Shown one piece after another: positions 13,864 to 27,412 of a stretch of 64,000 bases of DNA (position 1 is its first letter; each line of letters opens with the position of its first letter). Below the pieces are notes generated by a model, which had not been told where the DNA came from, searched no databases, and was given only the letters and a program-made list of their open reading frames with translations. Origin of the DNA: Malacoraja senta (Eukaryota); NCBI GenBank assembly GCA_038087875.1, contig JAXLNO010000073.1:372001-436000 (forward strand). The letters run 5' to 3'. The translations under genes and the position numbers were made by a program.

Positions 13864-14752
13864 TTAATATAATAGCGATTGTTATCCTGAGTCGGGGAAG
13901 GTGCGGACTCTCCAAATGCATCACACACTACTGGTGGCTACGGCAGTGTGAGATCTACAGGTCGTTATCACCGGTGTCATAATGAACAGGGTCATTGGTA
14001 TCTACTCCCTACTCTGTCCTATACTCCGGCGTGTCGCCTCAAAACGGTGCAGGTTTACATGTCCAGGGACTTTTCTGTCTGGCTGTCCGTCGCTTTCACC
14101 TTTAACCGCTCGTTGCTATTTGTTGTCAGACCTGAAAACTAAATACTTCACTGAGAAAACGGCAAATGCTATAATAAGAAATGTGTTTGTTCTGAGCTGT
14201 TTGCAATACGTTCCTTTGTACTTAGGGTTGAAACCTTTGTTCTTCGTTGACAATGTCCCAATGTCCTGTGGAACCATACCCGGATTTTATACCATACCCG
14301 TGTGGGTAGCGTATTCATGGATTAGTCATGTCTTAACACCGTATCTGGCAATAGTCCTCATTATACTGTTTAACGCGTTGACCATAAGACACATATTAGT
14401 TTCCAATAGAGTCCGACGGTCATTGAGAGCCATCAATGCAGGAAGTGACGGTGATCCCGAGCTAGAAAGCAGGAGGATGTCCATCATTCTACTCTTCAGC
14501 ATTTCCGGAAACGTCGTCCTGTTATGGGCGACGTACATGGCGCGCCATCTGTACTACCGGATTACGGACACGTTTTTCTACTCCGGTTATAACGACCCGA
14601 TATTTATCTTTCAAGAATCTGGTCACATGCTTCTCCTTCTGAGCTGTTGCGCGAATACGTGCATTTACGTTGTGACGCAGAAGAAATTCAGAGAGGAGTT
14701 GAGGAATGGGGTGAAATATCCCTTCGCGCGGGTAATTAAATTGGTTAACTGA
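13864..14752 (+). pseudogene. GPR139/GPR142-like class A GPCR pseudogene 1, exon 2 (TM1-TM7)
   Basis: Acceptor TTCTTTCTTACAG| then VNIIAIVILSRGRCGLSKCITHY. Frameshift at about 13930, in-frame TGA at 13949-13951, further frameshifts at about 14008, 14110 and 14130. Pieces read DFSVWLSVAFTFNR, VAICCQ, and an open C-terminal half (LTPY...NALTIRHIL...RRMSIILLFSISG...CANTCIYVVTQKKFREEL) ending at TGA 14752. Confidence 0.88.
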
Positions 14753-15299
14753 AGTAGATTTTTGTAGATACTGATTTAAATATTCCATCGTATCTGTGCC
14801 GATGCTGGTTTACACAGGAGATAGACGCAAAATGGTGGAGTAACTCAGTAAAAATGGGTGACGTTTCCCGTCGAGACTCCTCTTGAACAACGATCTCGAC
14901 CCGAAACGTTACCCGTTCCTTGTATCCAGAGATGCTGCCTGTCCCGCTGAGTTATTTCGGCATTTTGGGTCCATCTTGCATCTGTATCTCTTCCGACGAC
15001 TTATGCATGGGGTTATTTTCCGGCTACGCTGGGACATTTGGGGGTAGGTTTGGTAATTGGTGTTGGGTCCGGCAAGCCTATCGATCTCATTTACTTACCC
15101 AGAAATAGAATATCCACGGATCACATGGATTAATGGATCTAATTACTTTGTCAGCATAAAGCAGGCTTTTAATTAGTAGCATGAATTGTGCATAAAAAGG
15201 GGGAAATAATGCACGGATGAAGAGAAGGAAAGAAAGGCTTTATGATGGGTGGAAAGAAGAAGTGTGGGCAAGTATAAAAAGAATGAGGAGAGATTAGAG

Positions 15300-15602
15300 A
15301 GTTTAGTTTATTATAGTTTAGTTTAGAGATACAGCGCGGAAATAGGCCCTTCGACCCACCGAGTTCGCCGACCAGCGATCCCCGCACATGGACATCATCC
15401 TCCACGCACTGGGGACAATTTACACTTAGACAAGTCAATTAACCTACAAACCTGTACGTCTTTGGAGTGTGCGAGGCAACCGAAGATCTCTGAGAAGACC
15501 CACGCAGGTCACGGTGAGAACGGACAACCTCCATACAGACAGCACCTATAGTCCGGATGGAACCCGGGCCTCTTAAGGCAGCAACTCTACCGCTGCGCCA
15601 CG
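15300..15602 (-). mobile_element. HE1-like V-SINE
   Basis: Head, core and (AAACT)n tail on the minus strand. Confidence 0.8.
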
Positions 15603-15809
15603 GGTGCGAGAGTTGAGGACCAGAGGCCATACCCACGGTGCCGAGTTATTGACTTCATGAATCGAGGTGGACTACATGCCCCAATCAGCACCAATCGTGC
15701 CAAAGTGGGGATGGGCGAGACGGCAGTGTTCATGGGCATAACTGCCAGCAATAATTTTTATGGAACAACCATATTGACGAAACTGCCAAGAAAACACACC
15801 AATGGCTCT

Positions 15810-16260
15810 ACCGGGTGGGTTAATATAAGATGAACGTTTGAAAGCGCTACGTCTATACTCGCTGGAATTTCGAAGGACGGGAGGGTGGGGGGCATTGGAA
15901 TCTACCGATATGAAAGGCCTGGATAGAGTAGATGTGGAGAGGATGCTTCCACTATTGGGAGAGTCTAGGACCAGAGGCCACAACCTCAGAATAAAAGGAC
16001 ATACCTTTAGAAACATGATGAGAAGGATTTTATTTAGCCAGAGGGTGGAAAGTCGGTGGTATTCATTGCCACAGACGGCTGTTGAGGCCAAGTCCAATGA
16101 CGTTTTTAAAGTGGAGATTAAGAGATTCGTGATTAGTACGGGTGTCAAGGGTTATGGGGCGATGGCAGGAGAATGGGGTTGAGAGGGAAAGATAGATAAG
16201 CTATGGCGGAGTAGACCTGATGGGCTGAATGGCATAATTCTGCTCCTAGAACTTATTCAT
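15810..16260 (+). mobile_element. CR1 LINE 3' fragment
   Basis: LRLYSLEFRR...KGLDRVDVERM...RGHNLRIKG peptide. Confidence 0.8.
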
Positions 16261-16840
16261 GGCCTTCCTCTGAACGCTAAGAAAGTTGGAGATATCACCA
16301 ACAACTCCAGCCAACCTTTAGAGATGTGCCACAGGAAATATGCTACCAGGATGTATCACAGCATTGTTTACAACAGCTGTACCCAATGCCCCAAGGACGT
16401 AGAGAGAGCTGAGGTCATATCCCACTCCATTACACAAACCAATCAGCCAACACCAACACTGTATGTTGGCTTGTGAACACAGAACAGCACAGAAACTGGC
16501 CCTTCGGCCCACAATGTCTGTGCCGAACATGATGCTTCGTCAGATTCTTATCTGCCTGCACATAATCCATATCCATATCCCTTTGGAAATCCAAAACACT
16601 CCTAAATCGTATCTGCTTCAGACACCGCACCAGCTGAGCGATCAAGGCACTCACCACCCTCTGTGGAAAGAAACATTGCCTTTCAACTTCCCCCCTCACG
16701 CCAAAACTATGCCCTTTCGTATTTATTATTTTCCATTCTGGGAAATAGGTTCTGAATATCCACCCTATCTGTATATTCCTAACGATCTACATATTCCAGG
16801 TCTCCAGCATTCCAGGGAAAACAATCCAAGTCGGTCCAAC

Positions 16841-17550
16841 TTCAAGGTTTCAAGGTTTCAAGGTCAGTTTATTGTCACGTGTACCAATTGAGGTACAGTG
16901 AAATTCGAATTAGCACACAGCCATACTAAAACAAAGCAACAAGACACACAACTGTATAAAAGTCAACATAAACGTCCACCACAGCGGATTCTCCAAGTTC
17001 CTCGCTGTGATGGAGGCGATAAAGTCCAATCCTCTTCCTCATTAATTCTCCCGCGGTCGGGGCAGTCAAACCATCCGCAGTCGGGACGATCGAAGCTCCC
17101 GCAGCCGGCGATCGAAACCCCCGTCGGGGTGATCGAAGCTCCCGCGTCAGGGCGATCGAAGCTCCCGCCTCGGGGCGGTCGAAGCTCCTGCGGCTTGGAG
17201 CTCCCCGAAGTCTTCTCTAACCAGGGTCCGCGAGCGCCACGATGTTAAAGTCCGCACGCTCCCGCGGTTGCACCTCCCCGAAGTCGGTCTCCAGCAAATG
17301 CCGCCAACTCCTTGACGTTAGGCCGCAGTGCGGACGGAGATACGATACGGAAAAAAAATCACATCTCCTTCGAGCTGAGAGATTTAAAAACGTTTTCCCC
17401 AACACCCTCGCCCACCCCCCTCCCCCCAACCGCCCCCCACATAAACCAAGCGAAAGAATACCAAAACAAACATTTAACACATACTATCAAACAACAAAGA
17501 AGGAAGGGACAGACAGACTGTTGGCGAGACAGCCTTTGCTGGCGCCACCC
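16841..17550 (-). mobile_element. GC-rich non-coding retroposon with Rex1-like tail (copy C), inserted in an old CR1
   Basis: Minus strand starts GGTGGCGCCAGCAAAGGCTGTCTCGCCAACAG and ends TTTCACTGTACCTC...TACACGTGACAATAAAC(CTTGAAAC)n. Internal ~21-bp CGATCGAAGCTCCCG repeats at 17070-17210. Confidence 0.75.
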
Positions 17551-17831
17551 TGTGGATATCGGTAACTTCTCCTATAGCTAATATGTAGTGCCCTAATCCA
17601 GGCATCGTTATTCTGATGAAACCTTCTCTGCACCCTCTCCAAAGCCTCCACATCCTTCCTTTAAAAGGGGCCGGAATGCACACAATACTCCAAACGCGGC
17701 CTAGCCAAAGTCCTATAGAGCTGCATCCTGACTTCTTGGCTCTTATGCTCAACGCACAGACCAAGTAAGGCAAGCATATCATGTGCGTTCTTTACCACTC
17801 TATCTAATTATGATGCCACTTTCTGGCAGTC

Positions 17832-18100
17832 TTTCCAGGTGAGGCAGAGGTTCACCTGCACCTCCTCCAACCTCATCAATTGCATCCGCTGTTCCAGGTG
17901 TCAACTGCTCTACATCGGTAAGACAAGCGCAGGCTTGGCGATCGTTTCGCTGAACACCTCTGCTCAGTTCACAATAACCAACCTGATCTCCCAGAGGCTC
18001 AGCACTTCAACTCCCCCTCCAATTGCGAATCCGACCTTTCTGTCCTAGGCCTCCGCTATGACCAGAGTGAGTCCCACCGCAAATTGGAGGAGCAGCACCT
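17832..18100 (+). mobile_element. Penelope-like GIY-YIG endonuclease fragment
   Basis: RQRFTCTSSNLINCIRCSRCQLLYIGKT then ...HFNSP...KLEEQH. NLIY-x-CxxC-YIG is the PLE GIY-YIG signature. Confidence 0.85.
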
Positions 18101-18569
18101 CGAAGATGAGGAAACACTTTTTCTCACAGAGAGATGTGAGTCTGTGGAATTCGATGCCTCGGGGGGGGTGGAGGCCGGTTCTCTGGATACTTTCAAGAGA
18201 GAGCTAGATAGGGCTTTTAAAGATAGCGGAGTCACGAGATATGGGGAGAAGGCAGGAACGGTGTACTGATTGTGGATGATCAGCCATGATTACATTGAAT
18301 GGCGGTGCTGGCTCGAAGGGCCGAATGGCCTCCTCCTGCACCTGTTGTCTATGGTCCATTGTCTATCTCTCATGATCTTATGATCTTATGATCCTTTGTC
18401 TCCAGAGATGCTTCCTGATTCCCTGATTTACTCCAGCGCTTCTGCATATCTTCGGTCCAAACCAGCGTCTGGAGTTCCTTTCTATGCAATAATACGGCTT
18501 CCTTTTAGAAGCCAGCTAGCGTTCTGTTCTCCTTAACAGCTGCGGTGCAGATTTGACCTCCTGCTCAAG

Positions 18570-20812
18570 CCTATTGTTACATAGAAAATAGGTGCAGGAG
18601 GAGGCCATTCGGCCCTTCGAGCCAGCACCGCCATTCATTGTGATCATGGCTGGTCGTTCCCAATCAATAACCCGTGCCTCCCTTCTCCCCATATCCCTTG
18701 ACTGCACTAGCCCCTAGAGCTCTATCTAACTCTCTCTTAAATCCATCCAGTGACTTGGCGTCCACTGCCCTCTGTGGCAGGAAATTCCACAAATTCACAA
18801 CTCTCTGGGTGAAAAGTTTTTTCTCACCTCAGTCTTAAATGGCCTCCCCTTTATTCTAAGATTGTGTCCACCTGGTTCTGGACTCGCCCAACATTGGGAA
18901 CATTTTTCCTGCAGCTAGCTTGTCCAGTCCTTTTATAATTTTATATGTTTTTATAAGATATCCCCTCATCCTTCTAAACTCCAGTGAATATAAGCCTAGT
19001 CTTCAATCTTTCCTCATATGACACTCCCGCCATCACAGGGAAAAATCTCGTCAACCTACGCTGCACTGCCTCCATCGCAAGGATGCCCTACCTCAAATTG
19101 GGAGACCAATACTGTACACAATACTCCAGATGTGGTCTCACCAGAGCCCTATACAATTGCAGAAGAACTTCTTTACTCGTATACTGAAACCCTCTTGTTA
19201 TGAAGGCCAACATTCCATTAGCTTTCTTCACTGCCTGCTGTACCTGCACGCCAACTTTCAGTGACCGGTGTACAAGGACACCCAAGTCTCGCTGCACCCC
19301 CCCCCCTTTCCCTAACCTAACCCCATTGAGATAATAATCTGCCTCCTTGTTTTTGCCGCCAAAGTGGATAACCTCACATGTATCTATATTACACTACATC
19401 TGTCACGCATCTGCCCACTCACTCAACCTGTCCAGGTCACCCTGCAACCTCCCAACATCCTCTTCACAGTTCACACTGCCAAACAGCTTTGTGTCATCCG
19501 CAAACTTGCTAGTGTTGCTCCTAATTCCCTCTTCCAAATCATTAATATTTATATGGTAAACAGTTGCGACCCCAACACCGAGCCTTGCGGCATTCCACTC
19601 GCCACTGCCTTCCATTCTGAAAAGGATCCGTTCACTCCTACTCGTGTTGATTCCTGTCTGCCAACCAATTTTCTATCCGTGTTAACAGCCTACCCCCAAT
19701 ACCATGTGCTCTAATTTTAGTCACCAGTCTCCCGCACGGGACCTTATCAAAGGCTTTCTGAAAGTCTAGATACACTACATCCACTGGCTCCCCTTCATCC
19801 ATTTTATTTGCCACATCCTCAAAATATTCCAGAAGATTAGTCATGCATGATTTCCCTTTCACAAATCCATATTGACTTGGACTAATCCTTTTACTGCTAT
19901 CCAAATGCGCCATTGTTACCTCTTTAATAATTGACTCCAGCATCTTTCCCACCACCGGTCAGGCGAAATGGTCCGTAATTCCCCGTTTTCTCTATCGCTC
20001 CTTTCTTGACAAGTGGGATTACATTAGCTATCCTCCAATCCACAGGAACTGACCCTGAATCTATTGAACATTGGAAAATGATCGTCAAAGCGTCTACTAT
20101 TTCTAGATACACCTCCCTGAGGACCCTCGGTTGCAGACCATCAGGCCCAGGGGATTTATCATCGTTTAGTCCCATTAGCCTACCCAATAATATTTCTCGC
20201 CTAATGAAAATGTATTTCCGTTCATCTACCCCCTTAGATCCTCTGTCCTCCAGCACATCTGGGAGATTGTTTGTGTCTTCCTTAGTGAAGACAGATCCGA
20301 AGTACCTGTTCAACTCTTCTGCCATTTCCTTGTTGCCCATAATAATTTCACCCGTGCCTGCCTTCAAGGGATCCACATTTGACTTTGCTGTTCTTTTCCA
20401 CTTAACATATCTAAAGAAGCTTTTACTGTGCTTCTTTATATTCCTGTCCAGCTTCCCCTCGTACTTTATATTTTCATCCCGTATTGCCCGTTTTGTTTCT
20501 TTCTGTTGTCCTATGAAAGTTTCCCAATCCTCTGGCTTCCGGCATACTCTTTGCTGTGTTATACGTCTTTTCTTTTAGTTTTATTCTATCCCTAACTTCT
20601 CTTGTTAGCCACAGTTGCCTACTACTCCCACTAGAATCTTTCTTCCTTTTTGGAATGAAATGATCCTGCGTCTTCCGGATTATGCCCAGAAATTCCTGCC
20701 ATTGCTGTTCCATCGTCATTCCTGCCAGGATCCCTTTCCAGTCTACCTTGGCCAGCTCCTCTCTCATGCCTTCATGGTCCCCTTTGTTCAACTGCAGCAC
20801 TGACACTTCCGA
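18570..20812 (-). mobile_element. 5'-truncated CR1 LINE ORF2 (RT domain, disrupted)
   Basis: KSPGPDG.., [46 protein letters not shown] motifs across several frames. Confidence 0.95.
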
Positions 20813-21244
20813 TTCTTGGTGGCATTATTCTCAGAATCTATCGAAAACCACAACGGTAAGAAAAATGTTCACGTGAATGTCCAAGTGATTAATAGCTGCC
20901 GGGCGCTCATCCGGTTCTCGCTTCTGGTCAACGTTGCCATAGAAATCTCGATGACGGTGTCAATGGGTGGTTTAGATTAGCCTAGGGGCTGAGAGAGGGT
21001 GGCAGTCCATTTGTAATGACTGCAGAATTGAAGATTTCATATCAATTACTTATCGGGAGATGAGAAAGTAAACGATGCCGCAGAGGAGGCAACTTATCCC
21101 AGTTTTGAAGCTGCTGCTGTTTCAAACTGCCCTCAAAGGTAGGTCTTTAGACTTTAGACATTAGGCTGTATGTAGGCTTCATGGACTAGACTTTAGACTT
21201 TCGAGATACAACGCGGAAACAGGCCCTTCGGCCCACAGAGTCCG

Positions 21245-21997
<753 letters not shown>

Positions 21998-22569
21998 TGA
22001 CAGCTAACAAAGATTAGAGCATAGCTCTACGATGGAATAGGCATAGCTTAATGGAGATGTGCCGGACTAGTTTCGTTACACAGACAGTGGGTAGTACCTG
22101 GAACACGATGCCAGGGATGGTGTCCCACAGCGCAGGAACAGGCCCTTCGGCCCACCGCGTCCGCGCCGATCACCAATCCCCGTTAGGCTAACATTACCCT
22201 ACACACACTAGGGACAATATATGTTTTAAACCTAATTAACCTACAAATCTGTACGTCTCTGGAGTGTGGAAGGAAACCGGAGCACTCGGGGAAATCCCAC
22301 GCGGTCATGGGGGAGTACGTACAAACTCCGTACAGACAGCGCCCGCAGTCAGGATCGAATCTGGGTCTCTGGCGCTGCAAACCAACAACTTTATCGTTGC
22401 GCCACCGTGCTGCCTGATCCATATCCCTTCATTCCCTGCATATTTGTGTGGCTATCGAAAAGCCTCTTAAACGCCACTAACCCATCTGCCTCCAATACTG
22501 GCAGCGCGTTGCAGGCACCCACCACGCTCTGCGTTAAAAATAAAAACTATCGCTACACATGTCCCTCAA

Positions 22570-24870
22570 TAAAGGGGACTATGGATTCATGAGGGAGGAG
22601 CTGGCCAAAGTTGACTGGAAAGATACCCTAGCAGGGATGACAGTGGAACAACAATTGTAGGTATTTCTGTGAATAATACGGAAGGTGCAGGATCAGTTCA
22701 TTTCAAAGAGGATGAAAGATTCCAAGGGGAGTAATGGGCTACCGTGGCTGACAAGGGACGTCAGGGACAGTATAAAAATAAAAGAGAAGCAGTACAACAT
22801 AACAAAGATGAGCGGGAAGCCAGAGGATTGGGTAACGTTTAAAGAGCAACAGAGATAACTAAAAAGGCAATACGGGGAGAAAAGGTGTGGTACGAAGGTA
22901 AGCTAGCCATGAATATAAAGGAGGATGGTAAAAGCTTCTTTAGGTATGTGATGACTGTATGTGATGATTGGCTATATTTAAGAGGGAGTTGGATGTGATG
23001 ATTGGCTATATTTAAGAGGGAGTTAGATGTGGCCCTTGTGGCTAAAGGGATCAGGGGGTATGGAGAGAAGGCAGGTACAGGATACCGAGTTGGATGATCA
23101 GCCATGATCATATTGAATGGCGGTGCAGGCTCGAAGGGCCGAATGGCCTACTCCTGCACATATTTTCTATGTTTCTATGTTTCTATGACTGAAACAGGTG
23201 AATTTATTATGGGGAACAAGGAAATGGCAGATAAGTTGAACAGGTACTTTGGATCCGTCTTCACTAAGGTGGACTGGAACAACCTTCCTGGCCAGAGGAT
23301 CTGGGGCAGCGGAGGAACTGAAGGTAGGAAATGATGTTGGGTAGACTGATGGGACTGAAGGCTGATAGACCCCCAAGGCCTGGTGGTCTGTATCCCAGGA
23401 TGCTTAGGGAAGTGACTCTTGAAACGCATTGGTGATCATTTTCCAATGTTCTTTAGATTCACGATCAGTTCCTGTGGATTCGAGGGTAGCTAATGTTATC
23501 CCACTTTATAAGAAAGGCGGGAAAGAGAAAACAGGGAATTATTGATCAGTTTGCCTGACATCGGTGGTGGGGAAGATGCTGGAGCCAATCATAAAAGATG
23601 AAATAGTGGAATATTTGGATAGCAGCAACGGGATCGGTCCAAGTCAGCATTGATTTACAAAGGGGAAGTCATGCTTGACTGATCTTCTGGAATTTTATTG
23701 ACGATGTAACTCGGAAATGGACAAGTGGATGTAGTGTACCTGGACTTTGAGAAAGCATTTGATAAGATCCCACATAGGAGATTAGTGGGCAAAATTCGAG
23801 CGCCTGGTATTGGGGGTAGGGTGCTGACATGGATAGAAAATTGGTTGGCAGACAGGAAACAAAGCGTGGGGATTAACGGGTCCCTTTCAGAATGGCAGAC
23901 AGTGTCTAGTGGGGTACGGCAAGACTCGGTGCTGGGACCGCAGCTATTTACAATATGCATCAATGATTTAGATGAAAGGATTTAATGTAACATTAGGAAA
24001 TTTGCAGATGACACAAAGCTGGGAGGCAGTGTGAACTGTGAGGAAGATGTTATGAGAATGCAGGGTGACTTGGACAGGTTGGGTGAGTGGACAGATGCTT
24101 GGCAGAAGCAGTTTAATGTCGATAAATGTGAGGTTATCCACTTTGGTAGCAAAAACATGAAGGCAGATGATTATCTAAATGACGTCAAGTTGGGAAAAGG
24201 GGAAGTACAACGGGATCTGGAGGGTCCTTGTTCATCAGTCAACGAAAGTAAGCATGCAGGTACAGCAGGCAGTGAAGAAAGCGAATGGCATGTCGGCCTT
24301 CATAACAAGAGGAATTGAGTATATGAGCAAAGAGGTCCTTCTGCAGTTGTACAGGGCCATAGTGAGACGACACCTGGAGTATTGTGTGCAGTTTTGGTCT
24401 CCAGATTTGAGGAAGGACATTCTTGATGGATTCCATCGTAGATTCACACGGTTAATTCCCGGGATGGCGGGACTGTCATAATCTGAGAGAATGGAGCGAC
24501 TGGGCTTGTATACTCGATCAACACGCAAGAGGCAGGAAACATGATCTCGGTGTTAGGGGAGTCCAGAAACAGGGGCCACGGTTTAAGAATAAGGCGTAAG
24601 CCATTTAGAACGAAGATGAGGAAACACTTTTTCTCACAGAGAGTTGTGAGTCTGTGGAATTCGATGCCTCGGGGGGTGGGGGGGGGTTGGAGACCGGTTC
24701 TCTGGATACTTTCAAGAGAGAGCTAGATAGGGCTTTTAAAGATAGCGGAGTCACGAGATATGGGGAGAAGGCAGGAACGGGGTACTGATTGTGGATGATC
24801 AGCCATGATTACATTGAATGGCGGTGCTGGCTCGAAGGGCCGAATGGCCTCCTCCTGCACCTATTGTCTA
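22570..24870 (+). mobile_element. 5'-truncated CR1 LINE ORF2 with a nested younger CR1 3' end (22958-23184)
   Basis: [35 protein letters not shown] motifs. The nested insert is flanked by ATGACTG direct repeats. Confidence 0.93.
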
Positions 24871-25099
24871 TGGTCCATTGTCTATCTCTCATGATCTTAT
24901 GATCTTATGATCTTATGATCCTTTGTCTCCAGAGGTGCTTCCTGATTCCCTGATTTACTCCAGCGCTTCTGCATATCTTCGGTCCAAACCAGCGTCTGGA
25001 GTTCCTTTCTATGCAATAATACGGCTTCCTTTTAGAAGCCAGCTAGCGTTCTGTTCTCCTTAACATCTGCGGTGCAGATTTGACCTCCTGCTCAAGCCT

Positions 25100-27412
25100 A
25101 TTGTTACATAGAAAATAGGTGCAGGAGGAGGCCATTCGGCCCTTCGAGCCAGCACCGCCATTCATTGTGATCATGGCTGGTCGTTCCCAATCAATAACCC
25201 GTGCCTCCCTTCTCCCCATATCCCTTGACTTCACTAGCCCCTAGAGCTCTATCTAACTCTCTCTTAAATCCATCCAGTGACTTGGCGTCCACTGCCCTCT
25301 GTGGCAGGGAATTCCACAAATTCACAACTCTCTGGGTGAAAAGTTTTTTCTCACCTCAGTCTTAAATGGCCTCCCCTTTATTCTAAGATTGTGTCCACCT
25401 GGTTCTGGACTCGCCCAACATTGGGAACATTTTTCCTGCAGCTAGCGTGTCTAGTCCTTTTCTAATTTTATATGTTTCTATAAGATATCCCCTCATCCTT
25501 CTAAACTCCAGTGAATATAAGCCTAGTCTTCAATCTTTCCTCATATGACACTCCCGCCATCACATGGAAATATCTCGTGTACCTACGCTGCACTGCCTCA
25601 ATCACAAGGATGCCCTACCTCAAATTAGGAGACCAATACTGTGCACAATACTCCAGATGTGGTCTCACCAGAGCCCTATACAATTGCAGAAGAACCTCTT
25701 TACTCCTATACTGGAAACCTCTTGTCATGAAGGCCAACATTCCATTAGCTTTCTTTACTGCCTGCTGTACCTGCACGCCAACTTTCAGTGACCGGTGTAC
25801 AAGGACACCCAAGTCTCACTGCACCTCCCCCTTCCCTAACCTAACCCCATTGAGATAATAATCTGCCTCCCTGTTTTTGCCGCCAAGGTGGATAACCTCA
25901 CATTTATCTATATTATACTGCGTCTGTCACGCATCTGCCCACTCACTCAACCAGTCCAGGTCACCCTGCAACCTCCTAGCATCCTCTTCACAGTTCACAC
26001 TGCCAAACAGCTTTGTGTCATCCGCAAACTTGCTAGTGTTGCTCCTAATTCCCTCTTCCAAATCATTAATATTTATATGGTAAACAGTTGCTACCCCAAC
26101 ACCGAGCCTTGCGGCACTCCACTCGCCACTGCCTTCCATTCTGAAAAGGATCCGTTCACTCCTGCTCGTGTTGATTCCTGTCTGCCAACCAATTTTCTAT
26201 CCATGTTAACAGCCTACCCCCAATACCATGTGCTCTAATTTTAGTCACTAGTCTCCCGCACGGGACCTTATCAAAGGCTTTCTGATAGTCTAGATACACT
26301 ACATCTAGACTATTGTGGCATTGTAATTTCCTGCAAAGGATTATTAAAGGTATAATGTAAATCTAATCTAAATCTAATCCACTGGCTCCCCTTCATCCAT
26401 TTTACTTGCCACATCCTCAAAATATTCTAGAAGATTAGTCAAGCATGATTTCCCTTTCACAAATCCATATTGACTTGGACTAATCCTTTTACTGCTATCC
26501 AAATGCGCCATTATTACCTCTTTAATAATTGACTCCAGCATCTTTCCCACCACCGGTCAGGCAAAATGGTCCGTAATTCCCCGTTTTCTCTATCGCTCCT
26601 TTCTTGACAAGTGGGATTACATTAGCTATCCTCCAATCCATAGGAACTGACCCTGAATCTATTGAACATTGGAAAATGATCGTCAATGCGTCTACTATTT
26701 CTAGATACAACTCCCTGAGGACCCTGGGCTGCAGACCATCAGGCTCAGGGGATTTATCATCGTTTAGTCCCATTAGCCTACCCAATACTATTTCTCGCCT
26801 AATGAAAATGTATTTCAGTTCCTCTACCCGCTTAGATCCTCTGTCCGCTAGTACATCTGGGAGATTGTTTGTGTCTTCCTTAGTGAAAACAGATCCGAAG
26901 TACCTATTCAACTCTTCTGCCATTTCCTTGTTGCCCATAATAATTTCACCCGTGCCTGCCTTCAAGGGGCTCCACATTTGACTTTGCTTTTCTTTTCCCC
27001 TTAACATATCTAAATAAGCTTTTACTGTCCTTCTTTATATTCCTGGCCAGCTCCCCCTCGTACTTCATATTTTCATCCCGTATTGCCCGTTTTGTTTCTT
27101 TCTGTTGTCCTATGAAAGTTTCCCAATCCTCTGGCTTCCGGCTACTCTTTGCTGTGTTATACGTCTTTTCTTTTAGTTTTATTCTATCCCTAACTTCTCT
27201 TGTTAGGCACGGTTGCCTACTACTCCCCCTGGAATCTTTCTTCCTTTTTGGAATGAAATGATCCTGCGTCTTCCGTATTATGCCCAGAAATTCATGCCAT
27301 TGCTGTTCCATCGTCATTCCTGCTAGGATCCCTTTCCAGTCGACCTTGGCCAGCTCCTCTCTCATGCCTTCATGGTCCCCTTTGTTCAACTGCAGCACTG
27401 ACACTTCCGATT
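25100..27412 (-). mobile_element. 5'-truncated CR1 LINE ORF2 (duplicate of 18570-20812)
   Basis: Same motifs and same 5' truncation point as copy 1. Confidence 0.95.

Noticed and set aside
13982..14752. 256-aa ORF as a complete GPCR
   Set aside because: Its N-terminal ~50 residues are mostly out-of-frame sequence; the real gene starts at 10483 and is disrupted.
17070..17210. Spaced ~21-bp repeats resembling a CRISPR array (also 44390-44640 and 4037-4110)
   Set aside because: Degenerate minisatellites with no unique spacers, no cas genes, in vertebrate DNA.
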